Assembly: GCA_964016885.1 (NCBI GenBank)
Contig: OZ024745.1
Coordinates: 27,900,001 to 27,964,000 of the forward strand
Length of the DNA stretch: 64,000 nucleotides
Source: Eledone cirrhosa
Taxonomy: Eukaryota
Reading direction: 5' to 3'
Shown: piece by piece, positions 28,311 through 43,438 of the stretch
Layout of the letters: every line of letters starts with the position of its first letter
Position numbering within the stretch: position 1 is the stretch's first letter
Made by a program: the position numbers and the translations under genes
Notes under the pieces: generated by a model
Told to the model about the DNA's origin: nothing
Database searches by the model: none
Seen by the model: only the letters and a program-made list of their open reading frames with translations

Positions 28311-28692
28311 TAATTTAAAGAAGGTTAAATCAATTAAGAATAAGAACCCCACATAAACGAAAATAATTTCAACGAATCTTTATAAGAGTAGAAATAAACT
28401 TGCACAAATTTAAGCAATTTAAATACAGGAATTGGAAAAATTACGATGGTAGTGTTGTATTGGTTTAAAATAGAAAAATCTATTAAATTGGCATAAAATA
28501 AGAAGAAAGGAAGATTTTGTACAGTTGAAGTTTATAATGAGGTGACTGTCATTTAAAGGATTAAGAAAAGTAAACAGAAACCAGTAGTAATTGAGTTTTA
28601 ATCAGTGAGAATTTCAATTGAAAATAAATATATAAATAAATAAATAAATAAATAAATATATAAATAAATATATATATAAATATAAAAAATTA

Positions 28693-28731
<39 letters not shown>

Positions 28732-29304
28732 GTAAGTTTGAAGAATTATTAGATAAAATATATACAGTCTTTCCTCACCCTAGTCCGTAGAAATCAACCA
28801 GATAAATAATCATTTAAACGAGGCTATAGGTTTAAAATGTAACTATGAAGAAATAATTGACAAACGATACAGACTATTTTCCGCGAGGAACAATCAGATA
28901 AAATGTATCTAGTCATTCCTTTTAGCCCGTAGAAATTAACTAGACAAATAATCAATTAAACGGAGCTAGATCTGAAATATAAGTTAGAAGAAAAAATGCA
29001 TATAAACTTTACCAAAATTCCTCTAGTCCCGACTGTGGACAGTTTTGCTCGCACTTTGTGGATATATCTGATCCTGGATTTATCCATGAGGCTTCGAGCT
29101 TATCAAGAGACTCCTCAAGTTTTGACTAAAATTTCTACAGTGATCACCGCCAGAAATGAATTCAAAAATGGCAAAGAATCTTCACGTGGCTAGTGGTCAA
29201 ATTTGAAGGTTGTGAATGATGGCCAGGTGGCAAGTAGGCTGGCTGCTAGAAAGCGCAGCCACATACTGCCTAAAGTTTTACTCTACCGTACGGGATATAT
29301 ATAT

Positions 29305-29592
29305 ATTCTTTTACTCTTTTACTCTTTTACCTGTTCCAGCCATCCGGCTGAGGCCATGCTGGGGCACCGCCGTTGTTGCTAAACATTTTATCTCCAGTCT
29401 GCATTGGTTAGCCATTGGTGCAAGAAGGAGTTCGTTGTTGCTGCCCTTAGGTTTCCCTCGTGCCTCGCTGTGAACTCATCCGGGAGCCTGGATAGCAAGG
29501 TGTCGAGATGTTTCTTGAAAACATCCACACCATGCAGATCTCTCAGATCCTCGGCAGCTTGTTGAAAAGTTGAGGGCCCTTGAACCCCAGGC
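29305..29592 (-). mobile_element. CR1-like LINE 3' fragment abutting a SINE 3' tail
   Basis: Minus: LGFKGPQLFNKLP..LRDLHGVDVFKKHLDTLLSRLPDE; tail with (GTAAAAGA)n at ~29305-29370. Confidence 0.6.
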
Positions 29593-30385
29593 TATTGCAA
29601 TTAAATAAGAAGTTGTGAATATAATTTCGAAGAAAAAATAACGAAGAAATAATTAAGTGTGAAATAAATATATAAACGTATAAATTTATAAACATTAAAA
29701 TTGCTTTAACAACTAATTTACAGTGCTTGCAGCAAAACGGATTATAGACTAATGAAACAAAAGAATTGACAACAAGAACATTTGAAGAGATTTATACAAT
29801 TGAAATATATTCAATTGAACTGATAAAATTAAGACAGATTACAAGATATGTTATCACGTTGTTACATTTGTATGTAGCTATTTATCATGGGGTCCTTCAC
29901 AAACTGTGAAGTATAGAATTTAATGTGACTCATACACTCTTTAATTAGATATAGGCGTAATTATTTCTCGTCATTAATTGTAATGGATCTCGTTGAAATG
30001 TAGAAAAACGAAGTCTATTTAATTTCAAACACCATTTCCTTGTCATTAATTCTTGCCTGCGATGCCAAAGTCAGATAATATGGTGAAATATGAGGATGAT
30101 TATGGAGGCACAAGAGTATAGAACTGGATTGTTCGGATGTTTCTTCAGCACTTACAACTAGAGTCGGTTAGAATTCAAACATTGGGGCCGAAACCTAAAT
30201 ACCAGTTGTATAGCCGCAGACCGGATAAATACATTCACACAGAGCCACACACGGGAATAGGCATATATATATATATATATATAAAGAGAGAGAGAAAGAG
30301 TGAGAGAGAGAGCGTTGTGGAATTTGCTCTATACCGATATACCGAACTTTTCCTTTGGATATAAAGCTGATTTTTCACTACTATA

Positions 30386-30426
<41 letters not shown>

Positions 30427-32104
30427 GGGTGAAGGAGACACCTCGAGAAAGTACCCTCTACTATAACCTTGTGAGTGACACTGTGCAAAAGACCGTCGTG
30501 ATATACGTATGTGCCTATGTGTGGTTGTTTATGTGCTGTAAAATATGTACCACACATAAGAAATTAATTACCAGGAATGAGAGGAAAAGAAGAGAGAAGG
30601 TAGAAATAAAATAACTAAGAGATAGCCACACACCTTTGGTTATTTATTTCTTTTTACTGATAAAAGAAAAAAGTCGTTTTGTTTAAATCAGAATAAATTA
30701 TAGTTCTCTTACCACTAGGAATAGAAATGGATGTATTTTATCTCTGTGTATATCTTCTCTCGTCTCTATATTATGCATTGTCTCTCTACCCAATTTAGAA
30801 CAAAAGACCTGAATGTAAAGAACTAGAAACAAAATATTTATAGTTTACATTTTATAAGTAACGCTGGACGGATATTTCTGCAGAAATGTTGTCTCACGGG
30901 GATTATAAGCACAAGTCATGAAATAAATTAAGAAGAACGAATAAATAAGCCAAAATATTTTCGCACCTTTACTCACAACTTTCAATTCCAAGGGAAAGAC
31001 AAGATAGCCAATGTGTGAACAGCTGCTGATTTCGATGCATACGTAATACAGCTACAGACAAAATATGCACATCAAGCGACAAGGTCACGACGAACGCAGA
31101 AAAAGTATCAATGTTCAGGCTCTATTCGGAAATACTGTGTCTACGTGTGACCAGGTTACCACCGAAAGAAAGCAGAGACACACAAAGATGGCTTCTTCTT
31201 CATCATCTACTTCTTTAGTTGCATGGAACATTGGGTGATAAGCGATCTCCATTCCTAACGGTTGTAAAACTTATACAGAGGCATGCTCACAGGCCAGGCC
31301 CATGTTTGCCAGGACTTCCTTCACCGACCATATTACTTTCAATATTGGGAACTCTGAAGCATCATGTATAGCTTCATAATATTGTGGTGAATCTTTTTCT
31401 CTACGTGTAAAAATGTACACTTATTTAGACTTATGGAAGTTGCCTTTGCACACCCGATTTATAATATAGAGTACTGTTCCCGTTGTTCAATAACTTAGTG
31501 AATTAGCTTGGGATATATTAACGATGCATCACAGATTTTTTATCTTGAGGAATGCAGTTATCCCACCTGCAACCGAATTTGATTGAAGTTTGAAGATAAA
31601 TTTTCACGACGTTGATTACCATATTCACGAACTTAGGTAGTTTCTGGCGAATAATATGTGAAATAACGTTCTCAATATTAACTATAAAACTATAGCTTAC
31701 CTTTAAGGTTTGCTGGTTAAACAGTTTGGAATATTTGTGTCAAGTGGGGAAATGTTTCTGAATCAGTTCTAGAAACCTCTTTATAATATCACATTTTCCT
31801 CTGAAGTATTGAAGCAGATTATATTATAGTTACAGGTTTCGTAGTTTTTAATGGCCTTCATTAGATGTGGTTCAGATTTGGGGGTAAATTAATCCACTAT
31901 TCACCAGCTATGTAAAAAATGGAGACCGAGATTAACGAAGTCTAGGAAAACAGGGAAATGTAAAGATGAAATCAATAAGTTTATCAATGCTAAATGGATG
32001 AAGACTGTACAGGATATGGCATTGGCATGGTGCAGTGACAATGTAATAGCTGAGAATGATGATAATACTGGAAATTCGTCTGCTAGTATTAATCTCTAAT
32101 ACTA

Positions 32105-32300
32105 GGCCAGCAAATTTGAGGAAAGAGCAAAGTTGATTAAATCAACCCCAGTACTAAACTCGTACTTTATTTTATCGATCCCAGAAGAATGAAAGTGAAA
32201 ATGAACATCGGCAGAATTTGAACACAGAATGTGAAGAACCAGAAGAAATAACGCAATGGCATTTTATTCAACGCTCTACCAATTCTGCCAATCCAACAGC
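32105..32300 (-). mobile_element. SINE family A
   Basis: Reverse complement of core: gtactttattttatcgatcccagaagaatgaaag...atttgaac...ttctgcca. Confidence 0.7.
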
Positions 32301-32424
32301 CTATTCGTCTATAAATATTGTTAACAAGATTCGTTAAAATGAGAGTGAAGTTTTATTGATGTACTGAGCCTTTTGTTTTGCATGCAACATGGTTTACCTT
32401 TACTTGTACTAATATATATTTTCT

Positions 32425-32615
32425 TTTAATCCGTAACTCTTGGTAGAGTTGCAGGGCCACCATAGTGACATACGGTATTTTATCCAACGCTCTTGATAAT
32501 TGTAGTAAGGGGCTTTGATGTTTAATTCAACAATTATGTAGCGATTAGAACGTTTTCCAATTTCAGTGATGCATTCGCGAGCTTTCCTGGACATAAGGAA
32601 TCCGACAACCCCGAT
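32425..32615 (-). pseudogene. RTE-like APE endonuclease fragment
   Basis: GVVGFLMSRKARECITEIGKRSNRYII resembles the APE GVG(F) motif region. Confidence 0.4.
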
Positions 32616-33376
32616 GATGGCAATTGTCTCATTTTTCTAGTAAGAACTCGTAATAAGGTTGATAATCAAGATGCTTTTTGTGATACTTAATTTCATCATC
32701 ATATCATCATGAGATGACATTTGCGTTTTCGTCAGATAAAATAGGGAGACATGATATGAAGGTTAAAAAACACTTGTGAATAGTGCAGTTTTAAATCAAC
32801 ATATATATTTGAAATGCGCATAATAAAATACATTTTAACCATCTTTTGATCTTATATTATTTATACTCCAGTCCTACAAACTGTAGAGTGCTACTTATCC
32901 GATATCTGCATTGCTTTATTGTACTACAATAAAACTCACCGCCTACATATATATATATATATATTTATATATAAATAGTAAATTCTTCTCTAAAAATTTA
33001 GAGACTATAATATATATATATATATATATATTACGGATATACGCAGGGAGAAAAGAGAAAACATTATTTGAAGAAAACAGAGAAGAAAAGAAAAAGAGCA
33101 GAAAGAAGAGGCAAGACAACAAACGCTTTTAATGTATGTAATGCATCATTGCTTGTTGGGATGAACCAGGAAATACAGCGGAAGTAAATAATAATGTTGA
33201 GATAGAAACAATCAGTGGGGGACCGGAATGGAGAATTGGGGAGGTGGTGGGGGTGATGGGGTGATGGGGACAGTGAATGCAGCCTGCAAAAATGTATTGG
33301 GTTAGATAGTTTCATAGAGTGTGAGATAGAAAGATTGATAGATAGGTATATACACATCCACACACACACACACGCA

Positions 33377-33571
<195 letters not shown>

Positions 33572-33697
33572 GAAAGACATATTTAAATAATTTTGAAATC
33601 CATGCAATGCACTATAAAGAAAATCAAGATTGCTAAGATAACAAGAGAATCTTACCTTGGAAAATCTGATAATCCCAAATACCAAAGTACAACACTG

Positions 33698-33763
<66 letters not shown>

Positions 33764-33787
33764 CAGTGTTGTACTTTGGTATTTGGG

Positions 33788-33831
<44 letters not shown>

Positions 33832-34014
33832 TAGATAGATAGATAGCTGTACAGCATAGAATGTTTAGTTGGGCAAAGCTGCGAGACATTAGGATGGTGG
33901 GAGTGGGGATAATAAAGATGAAGACAGAGGCTTTGGAGTAAGCATGAGAAGAAAATAAACCTACTACGTATAATTGCATATGTAATGTTGAAGCTAATAT
34001 CATGTTTGTAAATT

Positions 34015-36298
34015 TAGGAAGGTAGAGATGGAACATAAGGAAGGTAGAGATAGAACATAAGGAGGGTAGAGATAGAACATAAGGAAATTAGAGATGGAAC
34101 ATAAGGAAGGTAGAGATAGAACATAAGGAAGGTAGAGATAGAACATAAGGAAGGTAGAGATAGAACATAAGGAAGGTAGAGATAGAACATAAGGAAGGTA
34201 GAGATAGAACATAAGGAAGGTAGAGATAGAACATAAGGAAGGTAGAGATAGAACATAAGGAAGGTAGAGATGGAACATAAGGAAGGTAGATATGGAACAT
34301 AAGGAAGGTAGAGATGGAACATAAGGAAGGTAGAGATGGAGCATAAGGAAGGTAGAGATGGAGCATAAGGAAGGTAGAGATGGAACATAAGGAAGGTAGA
34401 GATAGAACATAAGGAAGGTAGAGATAGAACATAAGGAAGGTAGAGATGGAACATAAGGAAGGTAGAGATGGAACATAAGGAAGGTAGAGATGTAACATAA
34501 GGAAGGTAGAGATAGAACATAAGGAAGGTAGAGATAGAAAATAAGGAAGGTAGAGATAGAACATAAGGAAGGTAGAGATGGAACATAAGGAAGGTAGAGA
34601 TAGAACATAAGGAAGGTAGAGATAGAACATAAGGAAGGTAGAGATGGAACATAAGGAAGGTAGAGATAGAACATAAGGAAGGTAGATATGGAACGTAAGG
34701 AAGGTAGAGATGGAACATAAGGAAGGTAGAGATGGAACATAAGTAAGGTAGAGATAGAACATAAGGAAGGTAGATATGGAACGTAAGGAAGGTAGAGATG
34801 GAACATAAGGAAGGTAGAGATGGAACGTAAGGAAGGTAGAGATAGAACATAAGGAAGGTAGATATGGAACGTAAGGAAGGTAGATATGGAACATAAGGAA
34901 GGTAGAGATGGAACATAAGTAAGGTAGAGATAGAACATAAGGAAGGTAGATATGGAACGTAAGGAAGGTAGATATGGAACATAAGGAAGGTAGAGATGGA
35001 ACATAAGGAAGGTAGAGATAGAACATAAGGAAGGTAGAGATAGAACATAAGGAAGGTAGATATGGAACGTAAGGAAGGTAGAGATGGAACATAAGGAAGG
35101 TAGAGATGGAACATAAGGAAGGTAGAGATGGAACATAAGGAAGGTAGAGATGGAACATAAGGAAGGTAGAGATGGAACATAAGGAAGGTAGAGATTGAAC
35201 ATAAGGAAGGTAGATATAGAACATAAGGAAGGTAGAGATGGAACATAAGGAAGGTAGATATAGAAAATAAGGAAGGTAGAGATGGAGCATAAGGAAGGTA
35301 GAGATGGAACATAAGGAAGGTAGAGATAGAACATAAGGAAGGTAGATATGGAACGTAAGGAAGATAGAGATAGAACATAAGGAAGGTAGAGATGGAACAT
35401 AAGGAAGGTAGAGATAGAACATAAGGAAGGTAGAGATGGAACATAAGGAAGGTAGAGATGGAGCATAAGGAAGGTAGAGATGGAACATAAGGAAGGTAGA
35501 GATGGAACATAAGGAAGGTAGAGATAGAACATAAGGAAGGTAGAGATGGAATATAAGGAAGGTAGAGATAGAACATAAGGAAGGTAGAGATAGAACATAA
35601 GGAAGGTAGAGATAGAACATAAGGAAGGTAGAGATGGAACATAAGGAAGGTAGAGATGGAGCATAAGGAAGGTAGAGATGGAACATAAGGAAGGTAGAGA
35701 TAGAACATAAGGAAGGTAGAGATAGAACATAAGGAAGGTAGAGATGGAACATAAGGAAGGTAGAGATGGAACATAAGGAAGGTAGAGATGGAACATAAGG
35801 AAGGTAGAGATAGAACATAAGGAAGGTAGAGATGGAATATAAGGAAGATAGAGATAGAACATAAGGAAGGTAGAGATGGAACATAAGGAAGGTAGAGATA
35901 GAACATAAGGAAGGTAGAGATGGAACATAAGGAAGGTAGAGATGGAGCATAAGGAAGGTAGAGATGGAACATAAGGAAGGTAGAGATGGAACATAAGGAA
36001 GGTAGATATAGAACATAAGGAAGGTAGAGATGGAATATAAGGAAGGTAGAGATAGAACATAAGGAAGGTAGAGATAGAACATAAGGAAGGTAGAGATGGA
36101 ACATAAGGAAGGTAGATATGGAACATAAGGAAGGTAGAGATAGAACATAAGGAAGGTAGAGATGGAACATAAGGAAGGTAGAGATGGAACATAAGTAAGG
36201 TAGAGATGGAACATAAGGAAGGTAGAGATGGAACATAAGGAAGGTAGAGATGGAACATAAGGATGGTAGAGATGGAATATAAGGAAGGTAGAGATGGA
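34015..36298 (+). repeat. 22-bp minisatellite, about 104 units
   Basis: Unit GAACATAAGGAAGGTAGAGAT(G/A). Confidence 0.97.
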
Positions 36299-36480
36299 AA
36301 GGCTTGAGCTCAGCAGTCGGGGTCCTACTCGTTCCCATTACCCACTCTACTACCCTAAGTATTGAGTACTTTGGTGCGTTATGGTCCACCTGGTTCCTTA
36401 CCACATTTCCTTCGTTATATATATATATATATACATATATATATACATATTTATATATACATATATATATACATATATAC

Positions 36481-36544
<64 letters not shown>

Positions 36545-36581
36545 GACACGGGTATACAATACCTAACTCCTATTAACCTAA

Positions 36582-36712
<131 letters not shown>

Positions 36713-36739
36713 TATACACACACATATATATATACATAT

Positions 36740-36796
<57 letters not shown>

Positions 36797-36804
36797 TATA
36801 TGTA

Positions 36805-36990
36805 TTGAATTGGCAGTATCGGTAGAGCGTCAGACACTATGCTTTACACCATAGAGTTATGGCACTTTACGTCTGAGTTCAAATCCCGCCGAGGTTAACT
36901 GTGCCTTTCATCGTTACAAGGTCGATAAAATAAAGTACCAGTAAGGCGCTGAGATAATTGCTGGCCTTATACCAAAACAATTATTACAAT
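36805..36990 (+). mobile_element. SINE family A in the fold-back spacer
   Basis: tggcagtatcggtagagcg...gagttcaaatcccgccgagg...gtcgataaaataaagtaccag. Confidence 0.8.
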
Positions 36991-37222
36991 TATTAAAAAT
37001 CTAAATGCATTAGTTTATTTATCACTTTCTCACCAACCCCCTAGCGACCTCTTGCGGAACCATAAGGTTCCGGTGAACACTGGTTGAGAAACGCTGCTCT
37101 AATGACTCTGCTAATTAACAGCCTCGTGTTGCTGTATTACGGCATCATATTATATTTTATTTTATTCAGTTTTGTCTCGTTGAATTTTCCAAAAGCCTAT
37201 GCCTTACTGCACTCCCTCTTAC

Positions 37223-39024
37223 ATGTTCTATCTCCACCTTCCTTATATTCCATCTCTACCTTCCTTATGTTCCATCTCTACCTTACTTATGTTCCATCTC
37301 TACCTTCCTTATGTTCTATATATACCTTCCTTATGTTCTATCTCTACCTTCCTTATGTTCTATCTCTACCTTCCTTATATTCCATCTCTACCTTCCTTAT
37401 GTTCTATCTCTACCTTCCTTATGTTCTATATCTACCTTCCTTATGTTCCATCTCTACCTTCCTTATGTTCCATCTCTACCTTACTTATGTTCCATCTCTA
37501 CCTTCCTTATGTTCCATCTCTACCTTCCTTATGTTCCATCTCTACCTTCCTTATGTTCCATCTCTACCTTCCTTATGTTCTATCTCTACCTTCCTTATGT
37601 TCTATCTCTACCTTCCTTATGTTCCATCTCTACCTTCCTCATGTTCTATATCTACCTTCCTTATGTTCCATCTCTACCTTCCTTATGTTCTATCTCTATC
37701 TTCCTTATGTTCCATCTCTACCTTCCTTATGTTCCATCTCTACCTTCCTTATGTTCTATCTCTACCTTACTTATGTTCCATCTCTACCTTCCTTATGTTC
37801 TATCTCTACCTTCCTTATGTTCCATCTCTACCTTCCTTATGTTCCATCTCTACCTTCCTTATGTTCCATCTCTACCTTCCTTATGCTCCATCTCTACCTT
37901 CCTTATGTTCCATCTCTACCTTCCTTATGTTCTATATCTACCTTCCTTATGTTCCATCTCTACCTTCCTTATGTTCTATATCTACCTTCCTTATGTTCTA
38001 TATCTACCTTCCTTATGTTCCATCTCTACCTTCCTTATGTTCCATCTCTACCTTCCTTATGTTCTATATCTACCTTCCTTATGTTCCATCTCTACCTTCC
38101 TTATGTTCTATATCTACCTTCCTTATGTTCCATCTCTACCTTCCTTATGTTCTATATATACCTTCCTTATGTTCCATCTCTACCTTCCTTATGTTCTATA
38201 TCTACCTTCCTTATGTTCCATCTCTACCTTCCTTATGTTCTATCTCTACCTTCCTTATGTTCTATCTCTACCTTCCTTATGTTCCATCTCTACCTTCCTT
38301 ATGTTCCATCTCTACCTTCCTTATGTTCTATATCTACCTTCCTTATGTTCCATCTCTACCTTCCTTATGTTCTATATCTACCTTCCTTATGTTCTATCTC
38401 TACCTTCCTTATGTTCCATCTCTACCTTCCTTATGTTCCATCTCTACCTTCCTTATGTTCTATATCTACCTTCCTTATGTTCCATCTCTACCTTCCTTAT
38501 GTTCTATATCTACCTTCCTTATGTTCTATCTCTACCTTCCTTATGTTCCATCTCTACCTTCCTTATGTTCCATCTCTACCTTCCTTATGTTCTATATCTA
38601 CCTTCCTTATGTTCCATCTCTACCTTCCTTATGTTCCATCTCTACCTTCCTTATGTTCTATATCTACCTTCCTTATGTTCCATCTCTACCTTCCTTATGT
38701 TCTATATCTACCTTCCTTATGTTCCATCTCTACCTTCCTTATGTTCCATCTCTACCTTCCTTATGTTCTATATCTACCTTCCTTATGTTCTATCTCTACC
38801 TTCCTTATGTTCTATCTCTACCTTCCTTATGTTCTATCTCTACCTTCCTTATGTTCCATCTCCACCTTCCTTATGTTCCATCTCTACCTTACTTATGTTC
38901 TATCTCTACCCTCCTTATGTTCTATCTCTACCTTCCTTATGTTCCATCTCTACCTTCCTTATGTTCCATCTCTACCTTCCTTATGTTCCATCTCTACCTT
39001 CCTTATGTTCCATCTCTACCTTCC
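37223..39024 (-). repeat. 22-bp minisatellite, inverted array, about 82 units
   Basis: Unit CATCTCTACCTTCCTTATGTTC. Confidence 0.97.
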
Positions 39025-39209
39025 TAAATTTACAAACATGATATTAGCTTCAACATTACATATGCAATTATACGGAGTAGCTTTATTTTCTTCTCATGCT
39101 TACTCCAAAGCCTCTGTCTTCATCTTTATTATCCCCACTCCTACCATCCTAATGTCTCGCAGCTTTGCCCAACTAAACATTCTATGCTGTACAGCTATCT
39201 ATCTATCTA

Positions 39210-39278
<69 letters not shown>

Positions 39279-39766
39279 CAGTGTTGTACTTTGCTATTTG
39301 GGATTATCAGATTTTATAAGGTAAGATTCTTTTGTTATCTTAGGAATCTTGATTTTCTTTATAGTGCATTGCATGGATTTCAAAATTATTTAAATATGTC
39401 TTTCATATATATATGTGTGTGTGTCTGCGTGTGTGTGTGTGTGTGGATGTGTATATACCTATCTATCAATCTTTCTATCTCGCACTCTATGAAACTATCT
39501 AACCCAATACATTTTTGCAGGCTGCATTCACTTTCCCCATCACCCCATCACCCCCACCACCTCCCCAATTCTCCATTCCGGTCCCCCACTGATTGTTTCT
39601 ATCTCAACATTATTATTTACTTCCGCTGTATTTCCTGGTTCATCCCAACAAGCAATGATGCATTACATACATTAAAAGCGTTTGTTGTCTTGCCTCTTCT
39701 TTCTGCTCTTTTTCTTTTCTTCTCTGTTTTCTTCAAATAATGTTTTCTCTTTTCTCCCTGCGTATA

Positions 39767-39936
<170 letters not shown>

Positions 39937-40451
39937 AATTCCTCTCTAAAAATTTAGAGATTTCAAACACAGAAAATTATTGTAAACATACTCGCTTACC
40001 ATAAATAATAGCTTAGTAAATCGAAGAAAATATCCCTATTATCGAAAAAGGTGGCCAGCAGCCGCTACGGTGAATAAATTCCATACCTCACAAATTCCGG
40101 CTGAGTGCCCTAAACTATTGAGCTAAACGAATATTTTTTAATGGCAGAATAAGAGCAACAAAAATTATACAGCTCCAACCTATTTTCTTCTATTAATCTC
40201 TTGATGAACGGATCTTAACCCGAAATATAAGGACCAGGACCAATAAAGAACTGCAGGTTAACATCCCAACATTATTATATTTTTAACATTTATCGTCCAA
40301 TTCACATTGTGGTAGATTTCACACAAAACACAGTTTTCTGTATATGTCTATTTTATAATGGATCTGAGAGTGACTCTGTTTCTTTTCAAAAACAATTGGC
40401 AGTAATACAATGATTTAATTTCCTCTTTTCTATTTGTTGTTATACGTAGAT

Positions 40452-40487
<36 letters not shown>

Positions 40488-40519
40488 GAATGTATATATA
40501 GTGTATTTTGCACCAATTC

Positions 40520-40582
<63 letters not shown>

Positions 40583-40904
40583 TATGTATATATGTATATA
40601 TATATATGGTATATATATATATGGTATATTTAGTATGTATGCAATTCTTCTAAGTTCAATTTTACACCTAATTGTGTTTAGTTGACTGTATATCTGGTCG
40701 ATTTTTACATGCTGTCGAAATGTTAGATAAATAATCTATTGTAGCCACCGCGAAGGGGCTGCTTTCGGTTATTTGTCGAAGATTTCTTCATAGGAGCCTT
40801 TATTCCTATAGCTTGGTCTAATTGATTTTTTATATGGTTAATTATACTAATTGGGAGAGGAAATAGTATATATTATATCTAGTGATTCTAATGACATATT
40901 TTAT

Positions 40905-40983
<79 letters not shown>

Positions 40984-41803
40984 TATATATGCTATGTTCT
41001 TCAGGCAGACGAAAGGAGGAGACAGGCAGATATATACACACACGCGTATTTTCACCTCTTTTCTCTCTTCTCACTCCCTGGTTCACTATGTCAATTGTGG
41101 ATGTGAGCGCTGATTTATGGAAATATCTCTCTACGTTCATAATAATTATTTCGGCCATTTTCTTATATCTACCCTTCGCTCTCTCTACACGAGTTTCCTT
41201 CCTCTCCCCAATCTCTACCCCACCCCCACCGCCGGAAGTTCCGCCCATTTGTTTTCCTACATCCGAATTTATATATTCAGTTTATATTTTTTAACAATCT
41301 TCAGTTTTTCCTTGTCTGAGGAACCAGCCACATGTCATCCGGAAACATTAGAGTTATGAATATAAACTAAAGTAAATATATACCGCTTGTGCTGGTGTAT
41401 AAATCGCATCTATTTTCAACGTAAATGTGACTTAAAAACCTACATGTGACTTATTTGCTGGACCTACAAAACCTCATTTCGAATCAATTACTGAGCCAAA
41501 TATGTTGCATGTAAAATGGAGGAGCGTCTTATCTACTGATTGAACGTATACAGGTCACTATACGGTATGCGATTTATTAATGATCATTGGAAATGTCGGA
41601 ATAACAGGAAATTGACTTCTATTTAAAGTAAAAGGAAAATTGATATAACTGGATAGCTAATTGAATCATGTCGTTTTTTACTACCAGTCACTAGTGGACT
41701 ATAAGTATCGAAGCCTACAACACATACATACACAGTCATGTATACAGACATAAGTATATACATACAAACATACACAAATGCACACACGATTGCCGCTATA
41801 TGT

Positions 41804-41890
<87 letters not shown>

Positions 41891-42162
41891 TATACATACA
41901 TATATATATATATGTATATATACACACACACACACACAAACACACACATACACACACACACACACACATACACACATACACACATAAACACACACACACA
42001 TATATATATATATATGTATTTATATATATATATATAATATGGGTGCATGCATACATACATACATACCTACATACCTACATACCTACATACCTACCTGATG
42101 GCTGCCCCCTCGTTATCGAGTATGGCCATTGCACAATAGAAAAAAAAAAAAAAAAAAAAAAA

Positions 42163-42233
<71 letters not shown>

Positions 42234-42416
42234 AAAAAAAAAAAAAAAAAAAAAAAGATATATATATATATATATACATATATACACACATATATATACA
42301 TATATATATATATACACATACATATACACACACACATACATACACATACATACATATATACACACACACATACATACACATACACTCACACATATATACA
42401 CACATACATTAATAAC

Positions 42417-42456
<40 letters not shown>

Positions 42457-42535
42457 GCAATAATAATAATAACGACAACAACAATAATAATATACATATT
42501 CATATATATATACACACACACGCACGCACATAAGC

Positions 42536-42581
<46 letters not shown>

Positions 42582-42589
42582 GATAGCAA

Positions 42590-43240
42590 CTAACAGTGCT
42601 GCGATCGAATGTGGCTTTTTAGCCCAGCCAATGATCTAAAATGTCTTGCACAGAGTCGGCAACCAAAACATTTACTGGGAATAGTCGGCTGTGGTTGGAG
42701 TTCGTGTACTTTTGCATGTCGCTTGAGCCCTCCTGCTGATTTACATTCTCTACCACATGTTTGGCAAGCATGATGAGTAGCATCTCCAACAGCAGCCTGG
42801 TAGTCAACCACTGGTCTTACTTTATGACTGCGAAGATGACTTTCGAGTCCAGCTTTGCTTAGGCAGAGTCTCGCACAGACGCTGCATGTCAGCACCATAG
42901 GAGGACCCTCGCCGTCTGGAAGTGCAACAGCAATGCCCTTCCTCACATCCCGCTTTACTTTCTCGTATGCGATTCGAGATGCCTCAAAGGCAACTTTTCC
43001 CTCATATACAGTCTTTCTCCATTTATTACGATCAGCAGCAATATTCTCCCATGTATCAGCAGAGATGTTAGCGTCTTTCAGAGAGGCTTTCAAGGAATCC
43101 TTATACCTCTTTTTTGGTTTATGTGGCGGTCGTTTTCCTTTAACCAACTCTCCATAAAAGAGTTGTTTTGGTATTCTAGAATCCTTCATCCTGGCAAGGT
43201 GACCACTCCAACGGAGTAGTTGCTTAAGCACAAGAGCTTC
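42590..43240 (-). mobile_element. RTE LINE 3' fragment, open ORF with three C2H2 zinc fingers
   Basis: LRWSGHLARMKDSRIPKQLFYGEL..GKR..KPKKRYKD; three Cx2C...GL.(S/R)H...H fingers; (TG)n tail. Confidence 0.85.
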
Positions 43241-43438
43241 TATACCTACCTACATACCTACCTACATACCTACCTACATACCTACCTACATACCTACCTA
43301 CATACCTACCTACATACCTACCTACATACCTACCTACATACATACATACATACATACATACATACATACATACATACATACATACATACATACATACATA
43401 CATACATACATACATACATACATACATACATACATACA

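Noticed and set aside
31697-31910. Possible minus-strand exon (AG...AAG|GTAAG)
   Set aside because: The frame examined contains a stop and there is no homology cue; a lncRNA or UTR exon cannot be excluded without RNA data.
40197-40233. Possible hammerhead UUGAUGA...CGAAAUAUA
   Set aside because: Stems I and II pair poorly.
41312-41359. Possible hammerhead CUGAGGA...GAAAC..GUU
   Set aside because: The core is present but stem II does not pair; at best a decayed relic.
42590-43231. Host C2H2 zinc-finger gene
   Set aside because: The fingers are contiguous with RTE C-terminal motifs and a retrotransposon tail.
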